This document shows positions 24,320-36,656 of a stretch of 64,000 nt of DNA, one piece after another. The notes under the pieces were generated by a model. It ran no database searches. It saw only the letters and a program-made list of their open reading frames with translations, and was not told where the DNA came from. The stretch spans positions 186,126,001-186,190,000 of the forward strand of contig NC_086097.1 in NCBI RefSeq assembly GCF_963921235.1, given 5' to 3'. Numbering within the stretch: the stretch's first letter is position 1; each line of letters opens with the position of its first letter. Position numbers and translations under genes: made by a program. The stretch is from Mobula hypostoma (lineage: Eukaryota).

Positions 24320-26160
24320 GAAGTTCAAAGCTCAAAGTAAATTTATGGTCAAAGTAGATATATGCCACCATATACAGCCACAAGATTCATTTTCTTGTGG
24401 GTGCTCACAGTAACTGCAAGGAAACAACAAAAACCCAAACAAAATAACAAAAATAAAGAAATAAGCAATAATTATCATAAATGTGAGATGAAGAATCTTG
24501 AAAATAAGTCCATAATTGTGGAAATAGTACAGTGTTGGGGTGAGTGAAATTATCCCCTCTGGTTCAAGAACTGAATGGTTGAAGGAATAATAACTATTCC
24601 TGAACCTGGTGGTGTGAGTACTGAGACTCCTGTACCTTCTTCCTGATGACAGCAGCGAGGAGAGAGCGTGGTCCTTGATAGTGGATGGTGTTTTCCTGTC
24701 ACAGCCCTCCACGTAGATGTGCTCAGTTTTGAGGTGGACTTTACACATGATACACTGGACTGTATCCATTACTTTTTATAGGCTTTTCCATTCAAGGGTA
24801 TTGATGTTTCCATACCAGGCTGTATGCAGCCAGTCAATATACTCTCCACCACACATCTACAGAAGTTTGTCAAAGTTTTAGATGAAATACCAAATCTTTG
24901 CAAACCTTTCAATAAAGTAAAGGTGCTGTTGTGCTTTCTTTGCAATGGCACGTACGTGTTGGACCCAGGACAGATCCTCTGAAATGATAACGCTGAGAAA
25001 TTTAAAGTTGCTGAACCTCCCCACCTCTGATCTCCCAGTGAAGACTGGCTCATTGACCTCAGGTTTCCTCCTCCTGAAGTCAATAAGCAGCCCTTGGTCT
25101 TGCTGACACTGAGTGAGAGGTTGTTGCTGTGGCACCAGTATAATTGAAATCTACTTGAAGCAGGTGGGTACCTCAGAATGAAGCGAGAGGTTAAAGATCT
25201 CAGTGAACACTCAGGCCAGTTGATCAGCATAGGCCTTCAGTACTCAACCAGGTGCCTTGTCTGGGCCGGATGCTTTCTGTGGGTTCACCCTCCTGAAGGA
25301 TGCTCTCATATCAGCCTCTGAGACTCAAAACACAGGGACGTCAAGGTCTGCGGGAGTTCATGAAGTTGCCTCCGTGTTTTGATGTTCAAAGCAAGCATAA
25401 AAGGCTTTGATCTCATCCAGGAGTAAAACCGTGTTGTCATCTATTGTATGTTGTTTGGTTTCACTTTGCAGGAAGAGATAGCCATTCAATCCTTGCCACA
25501 GTTGTTAAGTATCCTTCAGTGATTCAAGTTTGATCTGGAATTGCCACTTCATATGTGAGATGCTTTCTAGAGGTTGTACCCAGACTTCTTGTATTTTACC
25601 TGGTCACTAGACCTGAATGCCTCAGCAGAATGTGGATCTCCATGGTTCATCCAGGGCTTCTGGCTGGAGATGACTCTGAATGATTTTGTGGGGACACACT
25701 TGTCTACAACTGTTTTTATAAAGGCTGTGACATCCATGGCGTATTCATTCTGATTCTCTGATGAGTACTTGAACAAGGCCCAGTACACCGACTTGAAGCA
25801 ATCCTCTAGCTGTTCCTTTGCCTCCCGCGACCACTTCTTTGTTGCTCTTATCTTTGGAGCCTTGCCCTTTATCCTCTGCCTGTATGCAGGTAGGAGGAGG
25901 ACACCCAGATGTTCAGATTTCCCAAAATGTAGTCCATGGATGCAATGGTAGGCAGTTTTAATAGTACTATAACAGTGGTTGAGTGTGTTGGGACCCCTGG
26001 TGCTGCAGGCGATATGTTGATAATAATTGGGCAGACATTTATTCAAATAAGTGTGACTGAAGTCCCTGACAATGATTTGAAAGACATTGGGGTAGGCATT
26101 TTCTTATTTGCTGATTGGTGGACGTAATACCTTGGGTGCTTGCTTTATGTCAGCCTTTGG
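24320..26160 (-). mobile_element. Rex1/Babar-like LINE with internal deletions
   Basis: APE C-terminal part (STRGPNTLNHCYS, LLLPAYRQ), LLIDFRR, SLLSSGRRYRSLSTHTTRFRNSY, and a (CTTTGA) tail. Confidence 0.88.
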
Positions 26161-26349
26161 TTAGGATTGCAGAGCAGAACTCTCTTGGGGTGTAGAACGA
26201 TGAAAATCGATAAAATTTTAAGTCAACGGCCCTTTAATCAGAACTGGGAATGTGAAAAATATTTTTAAGATATGGAGCCCAGGAGGGGAACAAATAATGA
26301 AAGGTGAGGTTTACAATTTGGGGAAGGCAGAAACAATTAAATGACAGAC

Positions 26350-27220
26350 GAGGGAAGAAATTTCTGCTGTCCATGCCACGAGGAAGAAATTATCAGAAAA
26401 TTTATTAGGATTAAAGGCAAGCAAGTCACCAGGTATAACTAGCCTACATCTCAGGATTTTAAAAGAATGGTATTACAGAGACAGCAGAGTCATTGGCTGA
26501 ACCTTTCCCTGAGTTCTGGGAGAGTACCAGTGAATGTGATGTCCTCACTCAAGAACAGAGAGGAAAAAGGGAAAAAAAGTGTCAAATGTTAGATCAGTTA
26601 GCTTAAAATTTATAGTGGGAAGATGCCAGAGTTCATAAGCTAGTCATTTAGAAAAGGATTATTGTAGTTAAACCAGGTCAATTTAGTTTAGTGAAAGGTA
26701 AATTATGTTTGACAAATATGCACAAGTTCTTTGATGATATAAGAAGCAGTCCAAGAAGTGTAGTGCACATAATAAGAGCCATTGGCCCTGGGTTAAGTGT
26801 GTTAACGTGAACTGAACACTGGTTATTCCATAGAAGGCAAAAAGTTGAAGTAACTGTCTTTTTCAGACTGCGGAGACATATCTAGCAATGTGCCCCAAAG
26901 ATAATTTCTTGGCTCTCTATTATTTACGATTTATATGAATAATTTAGAAATGGGTAAGAGTACAAATTTGCTGATGACATAATGGTGGGAGGGCACGATG
27001 CAACAAAGCAATCTGGAATCTACATAAAGACATACGCAGCTTGAGTGAGTGGACAAAAATTTGCCAAATGGAAATTTAATGCGGGAAAGTGTGAGATCAT
27101 GCACTTCGGTAAAAGAAATAAAAAAAAAATCATCTATTATCTAAATGGACAGAGATTACAAATGAATGGAGTACAGAGTAATTGAGGTAATTTTGTGCAT
27201 AAAACACAAAAAGTAGTTCA
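26350..27220 (+). mobile_element. Old, degraded CR1 RT fragment
   Basis: Degenerate KSPG, KFADD (aaatttgctgatgac) and KCEIMHFG (aagtgtgagatcatgcacttcgg) motifs. Confidence 0.75.
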
Positions 27221-27308
27221 TAATTAGTTTACTATTGTCTTCTGTGATGGTAGATCCTGTCAGAGAGATAGGACTTACCAGCACTTGGAGACACTGTCTG
27301 ATTTGAGA

Positions 27309-29130
27309 CATAGAAACATAGAAACATAGAAAATAGGTGCAGGAGTAGGCCATTCGGCCCTTCGAGCCTGCACCGCCATTCAGTATGATCATGGCTGATC
27401 ATCCAACTCAGACCCCTGTACCAGCCTTCCCTCCATACCCCCTGATCCCTTTAGCCACAAGGGCCATATCTAACTCCCTCTTAAATATAGCCAATGAGCT
27501 GGCCTCAACTGTTTCCTGTGGCAGAGAATTCCACAGATTCACCACTCTCTGTGTGAAGTAGTTTTTCCTAATCTCGGTCCTAAAAGGCTTCCCCTTTATC
27601 CTCAAACTGTGACCCCTCGTTCTGGACTTCCCCAACATCGGGAACCATCTTCCTGCATCTAGCCTGTCCAATCCCTTTAGGATTTTATACGTTTCAATAA
27701 GATCCCCCCTCAATCTTCTAAGTTCCAACGAGTATAAGCCTAGTCAATCCAGTCTTTCATCATATGAAAGTCCTACCATCCCAGGAATCAATCTGGTGAA
27801 CCTTCTTTGCACTCCCTCTATGGCAAGAATGTCTTTCCTCAGATTAGGGGACCAAAACTGCACGTAATACTCCAGGTGCGGTCTCACCAAGGCCTGGTAC
27901 AACTGCAGTAGTACCTCCCTGCTCCTGTTCTCGAATCCTCTTGCTATAAATGCCAGCATACCATTCGCCTTTTTCACCGCCTGCTGTACCCGCACGCCCA
28001 CTTTCAAAGACTGGTGTATAATGACACCCAGGTCTCATTGCACCTCCCCTTTTTCTAATCGGCCACCATTCAGATGATAATCTGTTTTCCTGTTTTTGCC
28101 ACCAAAGTGGATAACCTCACATTTATCCACATTAAATTGCATCTGCCATGAATTTGCCCACTCACCTAATCTATCCAAGTCACCCTGCATCCTCTTAGCA
28201 TCCTCCTCACAGCTAACACTGCTGCCCAGCTTCGTGTCATCCGCAAACTTGGAGATGCTGCATTTAATTCCCTCATCTAATTAATTAATATATATTGTAA
28301 ACAACTGGGGTCCCAGCACTGAGCCTTGTGGTACCCCACTAGTCACTGCCTGCCATTCTGAAAAGGTCCCGTTTATTCCCACTCTTTGCTTCCTGTCTGC
28401 CAACCAATTCTTTATCCACATCAATACCTTACCCCCAGTACTGTGTGCTTTAAGTTTGCACACTAATCTCCTGTGTGGGACCTTGCCAAAAGCTTTTTGA
28501 AAATCCAAATATACCACATCCACTGGTTCTCCTCTATCCACTCTACTAGTTACATCCTCAAAAAATTCTATGAGATTCGTCAGACATGAGTTTCCTTTCA
28601 CAAATCCATGCTGACTTTGTCCGATGATTTCACGACTTTCCAAATGTGCTGTTATCACATCTTTGATAACTAACTCCAGCATTTTCCCCACCACCGATGT
28701 CAGGCTAACCAGTCTATAATTCCCCGGTTTCTCTCTCCCTCCTTTTTTAAAAAGTGGGGTTACATTAGCCACCCTCCAATCCTCAGGAACTAGTCCAGAA
28801 TCTAAAGAGTTTTGAAAAATTATTACTAATGCATCCACTATTTCTTGGGCTACTTCCTTAAGCACAATGGGATGCAGACCATCTGGCCCTGGGGATTTAT
28901 CTGCCTTTGATCCCTTCAATTTACCTAACACCACTTCCCGACTAACATGTATTTCCCTCAGTTCCTCCATCTCACTAGACCCTCGGTCCCCTACTATTAC
29001 CGGAAGATTATTTATGTCCTCCTTAGTGAAGACAGAACCAAAGTAGTTATTCAATTGGTCTGCCATGTCCTTGTTCCCCATAATCAATTCACCTGTTTCT
29101 GTCTGTAGCGGACCTACATTTGTCTTAACC
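27309..29130 (-). mobile_element. Young 5'-truncated CR1 LINE
   Basis: RT ORF 28281-29159 (KSPGPDGLHP, SQHGFVKG, GVPQGSVLGP), C-terminal ORFs, and a (TTTCTATG)n tail at 27309-27331. Confidence 0.95.
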
Positions 29131-29284
29131 AGTTGAATGAGGAAAGCCATGCCTGACAACAGTGTGGACTATTTTGTAAATGAGCAGAAGGTTCAAACAT
29201 CAGAGGTGCAGAGGGACTTAGAAGTCCTTGTGCAAGACACGCAGAAGGTTAATTTACAGGTTAAGTCTGTCGTAAGGAAGGCAC

Positions 29285-32200
29285 AAATAAGGGAGCTTCA
29301 GGAGCTTTGAGAGCGTTTGTCCATTGTACGTGGTTTATCAGCAGCTAGAACCAGAACACCAATCATGAGTTAAACAGCACGGAAGGTTCAGGCATAAAAG
29401 CGAGACACTGCCTAGCGAAGTGGTCATCGATGGAGTGATCTGAGACTTTGGCTCATTCTGGCTTTGGTGATAATGGGTCGAGGCGAGGTAAGTTACCTGT
29501 GAGGAATAGAAACAGCAATTATGTCTGTGAGGCTGGTGTTCTGTACTGGCTGTCAGCTCCTTAGAGATCAGGTTAGGGAACTGGAGATGCAGCTCGATGA
29601 CTGTCTGGATAGGGAAAGTGAGGAGGTGATAGAGAGGAGCTATAGGCAAGTATTCACACCGGGGCTTTGGGAGACAGATAAATGGGTAACAGTCAGGAGA
29701 GGGAAGGCAGGAGTCAGATACTAGAGAAGTACCCCTGTGGCTGTCCCCCTTAACAGTAAGTACTCTTGTTTGAGTACTGTTCGGGGGGGATGGCCTACCT
29801 GGGGGAAGCAACAGTGGCCGCACCTCTGGTACAGAGTCTGGCCCTGTGGCTCTGAAGGGTAGGGAAAGGAAGGAGGCAGCAGTGATAGGGGACTCTATAT
29901 AGTTAGGGGGTCAGACAGGTGATTCTGTGGATGCAGGAAAGAAATGCGAATGGTAGTTTGCCTCCCAGGTGCCAGGGTCTGGGATGTTTTTGATTGCGTC
30001 CATGATATCCTGAAGTGGGAAGGTGAACAGCCAGAGGTGGTGGTACATACTGGTACCAATGACATAGCTAAAAAAAATGGAGGTGGTCCTGAAAACAGAC
30101 TACAGGGAGTTAGGAAGGAAGTTGAGAAGCAGGACCACAAAGGTAGTAATCTCGGGATTACTGCCTGTGCCACGTGACAGTGAGTATAGGAATAGAGTGA
30201 GGAGGAGGATAAATGTGTGGCTGAAGGATTGGAGCAGGGGGCAGGGATTCAGATTTCTGGATCACTGGGACCTCTTTTGGGACAGGCGTGACCTTGCACT
30301 TGAATCTGAGGGGGACCAATATCCTGGCAGGGAGGTTTGCTAAGGCTACTGGGGAGAATTTAAACTAGAATTACGAGGGGGTGGGAACCAAACTGAAGAG
30401 ACAGAGGAAGGGGCAATTGGCTCACAAGTAGAAAAAGCTTGGAGACAGTGTGAGAGGGAAGATAGGCAGGTGATAGAGAAGGGACATGCTCAGACTGATG
30501 GTTTGAGATGATTCTATTTTAATGCAAGAAGCATCATGAACAAAATGGATGAGCCTAGAGTGTGGATCAGTACTTGGAGCTATGATGTTGTGGCCATTAT
30601 AGAGACAGGGGCAGGAATGCTGACTTAGAGTGCCAGGCTTTAGAAGCCTCAGAAAGGACAGGGAGGGAGGCAAAAGAGGTGGGGACTTGGCACTGCTGAT
30701 CAGAGATAGTGTCATGGCTGCAGAAAAGGAGGAAATCATGGAGGGGTTGTCTACTGAGTCTTTGTGGGTGGAAGTTAGGAACAGGTGGGGGTCAATAACT
30801 CTACTGGGTATTATTTATAGACCACCCAATAGTAACAGGGACATCGAAGAGCAGATAGGGAAACAGATTCTGGAAAGGTGTAATAATAACAGGGTTGTCG
30901 TGGTGGGAGATTTTAATTTCCCAAATATTGATTGGCATCTCCCGAGAGCAAGAGGTTTAGATGGTGTGGAGTTTGTTAGGTATGTTCAGGTAGGTTTCCT
31001 CGCACAATATGTAGATAAACCAACAAGAGGAGAGGCTGTATGTGACCTGGTATTGGGAAATGAACCTGGTCAGGTGTCAGGTTTCTCAGATGGAGAGCAT
31101 TTTGGAGATAGTGATCACAATTCTATCTCCTTTACCATAACATTGGAGAGGGATAGGAACAGACAAGTGAGGAAAGCGTTTAATTGGAGTAAAGGGAAAT
31201 ATGAAGTAATCAGGCAGGAACTTGGAAGCATAAATTGGAAACAGATGTTCTCAGGGAAATGTACGGCAGAAATGTGGCAAATATTCAGGAGATATTTGCG
31301 TGGCATTCTGCATAGGTATGTTCCAATGAGACAGGATGGGAAAGGATGGTAGGGTACAGGAACTGTGGTGCACAAAGGCTGTTGAAAATCTAGTCAAGAA
31401 GAAAAGAAAAGCTGATGAGAGGTTCAGAAAATTAGGTAATGATAGAGATCTAGAAGATTATAAGGCTAGGAGGAAGGAATTTAAGAAAGAAATTAGGAGA
31501 GCCAGAATGGGCCATGAGAAGGCATTGGCAAGCAGGATTAAAGAAAACCCCAAGGCAGTCTGCAAGTATGTGAAGAGCAAGAGGATAAGATGTGAGAGAA
31601 TAGGACCAATAAAGTGTGACAGTGGGAAAGTGTGTATGGAACTGGAGGAGGTAGCAGAGATACTTAAAGAATATTTTGCTTCAGTATTCACTACAGAAAA
31701 GGACCTTGGTGATTGTAGGGATGACTTGCAGTGGATTTAAAAGATTGAGCATATAGTCATTAAGAAAGAGGATGTGCTGGGGCTTTTGGAAAGCATCAAA
31801 TTGATAAGTCTCCAGGACCAGACAGGATGTACCCCAGGCTACTGTGGGAAGTGAAGGAGGAGATTGCTGAGCCTCTGGCAATGATCTTTACATCATCAAT
31901 GGGGACAGAGTAGGTTCTAGAAGATTGGAGGGTTGCGGATGTTGTTCCCTTATTCAAGAAAGGGAGCAAAGATAACCCAGGAAATTATAGACCAGTGAGT
32001 CTTATTTCAGTGGTTGGTACGTTGATGGAAAAGATCCTGAATGGCAGGACTTATGAACATTTGGAGGGGTATAATATGATTAGGAATAGTCAGCATGGCT
32101 TTGTCAAAGGCCGTTCATGCCTTACAAGCCTGATCGAATTTTTGGAGGATGTGACTAAACACACTGAGGAAGGTAGAGCTGTAGATGTAGTGTATATGGA

Positions 32201-33125
32201 TTTTAGCAAGGCATTTGATAAGGTACTCCATGCAAGGCTTATTGAGAAAGTAAGGAGGCATAGGATCCAAGGGGACCTTGCTTTGTGAACCCAGAAATGG
32301 CTTGCCCACAGAAGGCAAAGTGTGGTTGTAGACGGGTCTATGTCTGCATGGAGGTCGGTGACCAGTGGTGTGCCTTAGGGATCTGTTCTGGGACCCCTTC
32401 CCTTCATGATTTTTATAAATGATCTGTTTGAGGAAGTGGAGGGATGGGTTAGCAAATTTGCTGATGGCAGAAAGATTGGGGTTGTTGTAGATAGTGTGGA
32501 GGGCTGTTGGAGGTTACAGCGGGACATTGATAGGATGCAAAACTGGGCTGAGAAGTGGCAGATGGAGTTCAACCCAGATAATTGTGAAGTGGTTCATTTT
32601 GGTAGGTCAAATATGATGGCAGAATATAGTATTAATGGTAAGACTTGGAAGTATGGAGGATCAGAGGGATCTTCGGTTCGAGTCCATAGGACACTCAAAG
32701 CTGCTGCGCAGGTTGACTCAATGTTTAAGAAGACACACGGTGCGTTGGCCTTCATCAACGGTGGGATTGAGTTTAAGAGCCGAGAGGTAATGATACAGCT
32801 ACATAGGACCCTGGTCAGAGCCCACTTGGAGTACTGCACTAGTTCTGGTCACCTCACTACAGGAAGGATGTGGAATCTATAGAAAGGGTGCAGAGGAGAT
32901 TTACAAGGATGTTGCCTGGATTGGGGAGCAGATCTTACGAGAATAGGTTGAGTGAACCCGGGCTTTTCTCCTTGGAGCGACGGAGGATGAGAGGTGACCT
33001 GATAGAGGTGTATAAGATGATGAGAGTCATTGATCGCGTGGATAGTCAGAGGCTTTTTCCCAGGGCTGAAATGGCTAACATGAGAGGGCACAGTTTTAAG
33101 GTGCTTGGAAGAAGGTACAGAGGAG
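29285..33125 (+). mobile_element. Near full-length CR1 LINE (ORF1 SGNH esterase, ORF2 APE-RT), 3'-truncated and disrupted
   Basis: ORF1: VIGDS, CLPGARV, VVVHTGTNDI. ORF2: YFNARSI, YRPPNS, VVGDFNFP, GDSDHN, SQHGFVKGRSCLT, SKFADG. No tail. Confidence 0.95.
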
Positions 33126-34359
33126 AAATCACTAGTAAGCTTATGATTGCGCACCAAACTTTAGTTCAGGTGCTCTTTAAGTACTCAATTCTAGGCATCT
33201 AAAAACATGATTGCCAATTAGCGGGACTGTCTTGAATCCTTAAAGGGGCCACATCAGCTATCTATAGTCCAGAGAGTAAGAGCATCTAAACCCTGGAAGC
33301 TGGCATGGTTGGGAGCGTCTTATAACAGACCCTTTCTGATACCATTAGAATTTGCCTTCCTCCAATTTAGAATCTTAATCCAAGGACTATCCTTTTCCAT
33401 AATTACTTTGAAACTAATGGCATTGTGATCACCAGATGCAAAGTGTTTCCCTACACAAACTTCTATCATCTGCCCTGTCTCATTCCATAATAAGAGATCT
33501 AGTATCACACTCACTCTATTGGGACTTCTATATACTGATTAAGGAAACTTTCCTGAACACATTTGAGAAACTTTTTCACATAGACCTCTTTTCAAGTAAG
33601 GGAATCCTTATCAATATGTGGAAAGTTATAAACACCTACTCTCACAACCATATGCTTTTTTGTAACTGTCACAACCACTCCATTATCTTTTCTGGCACTC
33701 TGCTTCACATCCCCCTGCAGCTCTAGTTTAATCACACCACCCTCTCCCTGTGCTGGCTAATAAAATACACAGTTGGCTTGATGCAGGAAAGCAGAGAATA
33801 ATAATGGAGGTTTGTTTCTCGGACAGGAGGCGTGCCTCAGTGGTCAGTGCTAGGCCCATTGTTGTTTGTCATCTGTATTAACAATTTGTAAAAGAAGGCT
33901 CAAGGCATGATTGGTAAGTTTGCAGATGACACTAAATTAAGTGGTATAGTTGACAATGAAGAAGGTTCTCACAAGGTCCACGGGAATCTTGATCAGTTGA
34001 GTAAGTGTGCTAAGAAATGGCAAATAGAGCTTAATTTGGATTAGTGCAAGGTATTGCACTTTGGAAAGTCAAATCCAGCTAGAACTTTCATAGTGAATGG
34101 TAGGGCCCTGAGAATGTTGTGGAACAGGAAGATCTTGGTGTACAAATACATGGTTTACTGAAAGTGGAATCACAGAGAGACAGGGTGCTGAAGTCATAAG
34201 TCAGGACATTGAGTAGAAAAGTTGGGAGGTAAATTTTCTTGATCACCTCATCAACAAACTCATTCAAATTCTTAAGACATCATCTCCTATGTACCAGCAA
34301 CTCACATCAAAGTTACTGGTGAACGCAGCAGGCCAGGCAGCATCTCTAGGAAGAGGTAC

Positions 34360-34395
34360 AGTCGAAGTTTCAGGCCGAGACCCTTCGTCAGGACT
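34360..34395 (-). ncRNA. Minimal type I hammerhead ribozyme motif
   Basis: AGTC-CTGACGA-AGG(gtctcgg)CCT-GAAAC-TTC-GACT. Stem I AGTC/GACT is intact; the triplet is UUC where the other copies have GUC. Confidence 0.6.
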
Positions 34396-34686
34396 AACTG
34401 AAGGAAGAGTTAATAAGAGATTTGAAAGTGGGAGGGGGAGGGGGAGATCCAAAATGATAGGAGAAGACAGGAGGGGGAGGGATGGAGCCAAGAGCTGGAC
34501 AGGTGATTGGCAAAGGGGATATGAGAGGATCATGGGACAGGAGGACCGGGGAGAAAGACGGGGGGGGGGACCCAGAGGATGGGCAAGGAGTATATTCAGA
34601 GGGACAGAGGGAGAAAAAGGGGAGTGAGAGAAAGAAAGTGTGTATATAAATAAATAATGGATGGGGTACGAGGGGGAGGTGGGGCA

Positions 34687-35013
34687 TTAGCGGAAGTTAG
34701 AGAAGTCGATGTTCATGCCATCAGGTTGGAGGCTACCCAGACGGAATATAACATGTTGATCCTCCAACCTGAGTGTGGCTTCATCTTTACAGTAGAGGAG
34801 GCCGTGGATAGACATGTCAGAATGGGAATGGGATGTGGAATTAAAATGTGTGGCCTCTGGGAGATCCTGCTTTCTCTGGCGGACAGAGCGTAGGTGTTCA
34901 GCAAAGCGGTCTCCCAGTCTGCGTCGGGTCTCGCCAATATATAGAAGGTCACATCGGGAGCACCGGACGCAGTATATCACCCCAGCCGACTCACAGGTGA
35001 AGTGTCGCCTCAC
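34687..35013 (-). pseudogene. Penelope GIY-YIG endonuclease domain (open frame, 5'-truncated)
   Basis: CESAGVIYCVRCSRCDLLYIGETRRRLGDRFAEH...HFNSTSH...LGSLQPDGMN. Confidence 0.92.
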
Positions 35014-36656
35014 CTGGAAGGACTGTCTGGGGCCCTGAATGGTGGTAAGGGAGGAAGTGTAAGGGCATGTGTAGCACTTGTTCCGCTTACGAGGATAAGT
35101 GCCAGGAGGGAGATCAGTGGGGAGGGATGGGGGGGACGAATAGACGAGGGAGTCGCGTAGGGAGCGATCCCTGCAGAAAGCGGGGGGGGGGGAGGGAAAG
35201 ATGTGGTTAGTGGTGGGATCCCGTTGGAGGCGCTTGAATTTCCAGCATCTGCAGTATTCCTGTTGTTATCTCCTATGTACAAAACTTTGCTGACTAATTC
35301 TTATCAACCCCTGTCTTTCCAGATGTACCCATATCTTATCCCTCAGGATCCTCTCCAATAACTGATGTTTGGCTTGCTGGCCTATTGTTCCCAGGTTTTG
35401 TTGCCACTCTTTTAAAGTAAAGACACAATGTTCTCTACACTCCAGTCTCCTGACACCCCACTTGTGGGTAGCAATGATGCAAATATCTCAACTTGAGCTT
35501 TCACATTTTTTTCACTAGCCTTCCACAGAGTTCTGGAATACATCTGGTCTGACCCTGGAAATCTGTCTTTTAAGACTATTCCCAAGACCACTCTATTTAC
35601 TTTTACTTGTTCCAAAGTCTCCACGTCTTTCTCCATGGGAAAGATTCCCTTTTGAAGTAGGTGGGAACCTGCAATCTAATCCAATAGGCTATTCTTGCTC
35701 CCAGCCATTCTCCCACCTGTCATGCCTATTTCTAGCCTCTCATTTGCTTCCCTGATGCTTGGGACCCTAGCCCCTGCCTATGTAGTTTAAACTTACCGTA
35801 ATAGCACTAGCAAACCTGCCAACCAAGATATTGGTCTCCTTCTAGTTCAGGTGTAACCTGTACTCTCTGATAGGTTACCTCTGCCTCAAAAGAAATCTTA
35901 ATTATCCAAAAATCTGAATAGTTCCCACCACCCAATTTTTTAGCCACACATACATTTGGACATTCTCCTATTCTTAACATCACTAGCCTGTGGCATTGGA
36001 AGTAATCCAAAGATTAATACCTACAAAGTCCTCCTTTTTAACTTCTTCCCTACCTCCATATCTTTTGTCCCAGGGCCTCATGCATTTTTGTGTGCCACAG
36101 TCCCAAGGAGATACCAGATTATATAGGAAGTGAGAGAGTTTAAAATAAGTGAATGGAGAAAATCAGCAGATTTTACATGGCACAGTCTCTGAGGAGACAT
36201 TTGATAGTGCATAATTAGGCTCTTGGCAAGGACCAATAAAAAGAAGTTAGGCTTAAGCAGAGCGGCCATTGTGTGAGTGGGCCAGTGTTGGAATGAAGAG
36301 TTGAGGCTTCCCTGACGAGAGGTGTAGGTTGTAGGTAGATTCCTTTTAATCTTTTTTTTGTTGTTTATTTATTTTACTTTCTTTCTTATTGCACATTTAG
36401 AGCAGTGGGGATACCAGACAGCAGCCAGAACGGGATGCAGATAGTGGTGGAGTGGTTGTGGAAAAAGATGTTGTTAAGCCGACATACAAAGTTGGGTATC
36501 GACAGGTCAAACGTAATGGGACTAATGTTCTGAGCTGTGTATATTTCAATACAAAGAGGATTATAGTAAAGGCAGATGAGCTTAGGGCATGGATCAGCAT
36601 GGATCAGCACACAGCCACTAGTGAGACTTGGTTGCTGGAGGGACAGTATGGTTGCT

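Larger units (their letters stand above)
34295..35267 (-). mobile_element. 5'-truncated Penelope-like element with inverted tail
   Basis: 13-bp TSD ATCTCCTATGTAC (34282-34294, 35268-35280). GIY-YIG ORF, pyrimidine tract, terminal repeat. 35233-35267 is in the opposite orientation. Confidence 0.95.
33320..35660. mobile_element. Mosaic of CR1 fragments in both orientations, interrupted by a PLE
   Basis: 33320-33760 minus (APE, FASGDHNAISF), 33770-34230 plus (KFADDTK), 34230-34281 and 35281-35660 minus (RT). Confidence 0.7.

Noticed and set aside
27309..27331. Short periodic repeats such as (CATAGAAA)n, (GACTT)n and (GAAG)n as CRISPR or satellite
   Set aside because: They are LINE 3' microsatellite tails with no spacers, in eukaryotic DNA.
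34430..34690. G-rich tract with quadruplex potential
   Set aside because: It is the complement of the ordinary Penelope 3' pyrimidine tract, also present at about 2310-2545.
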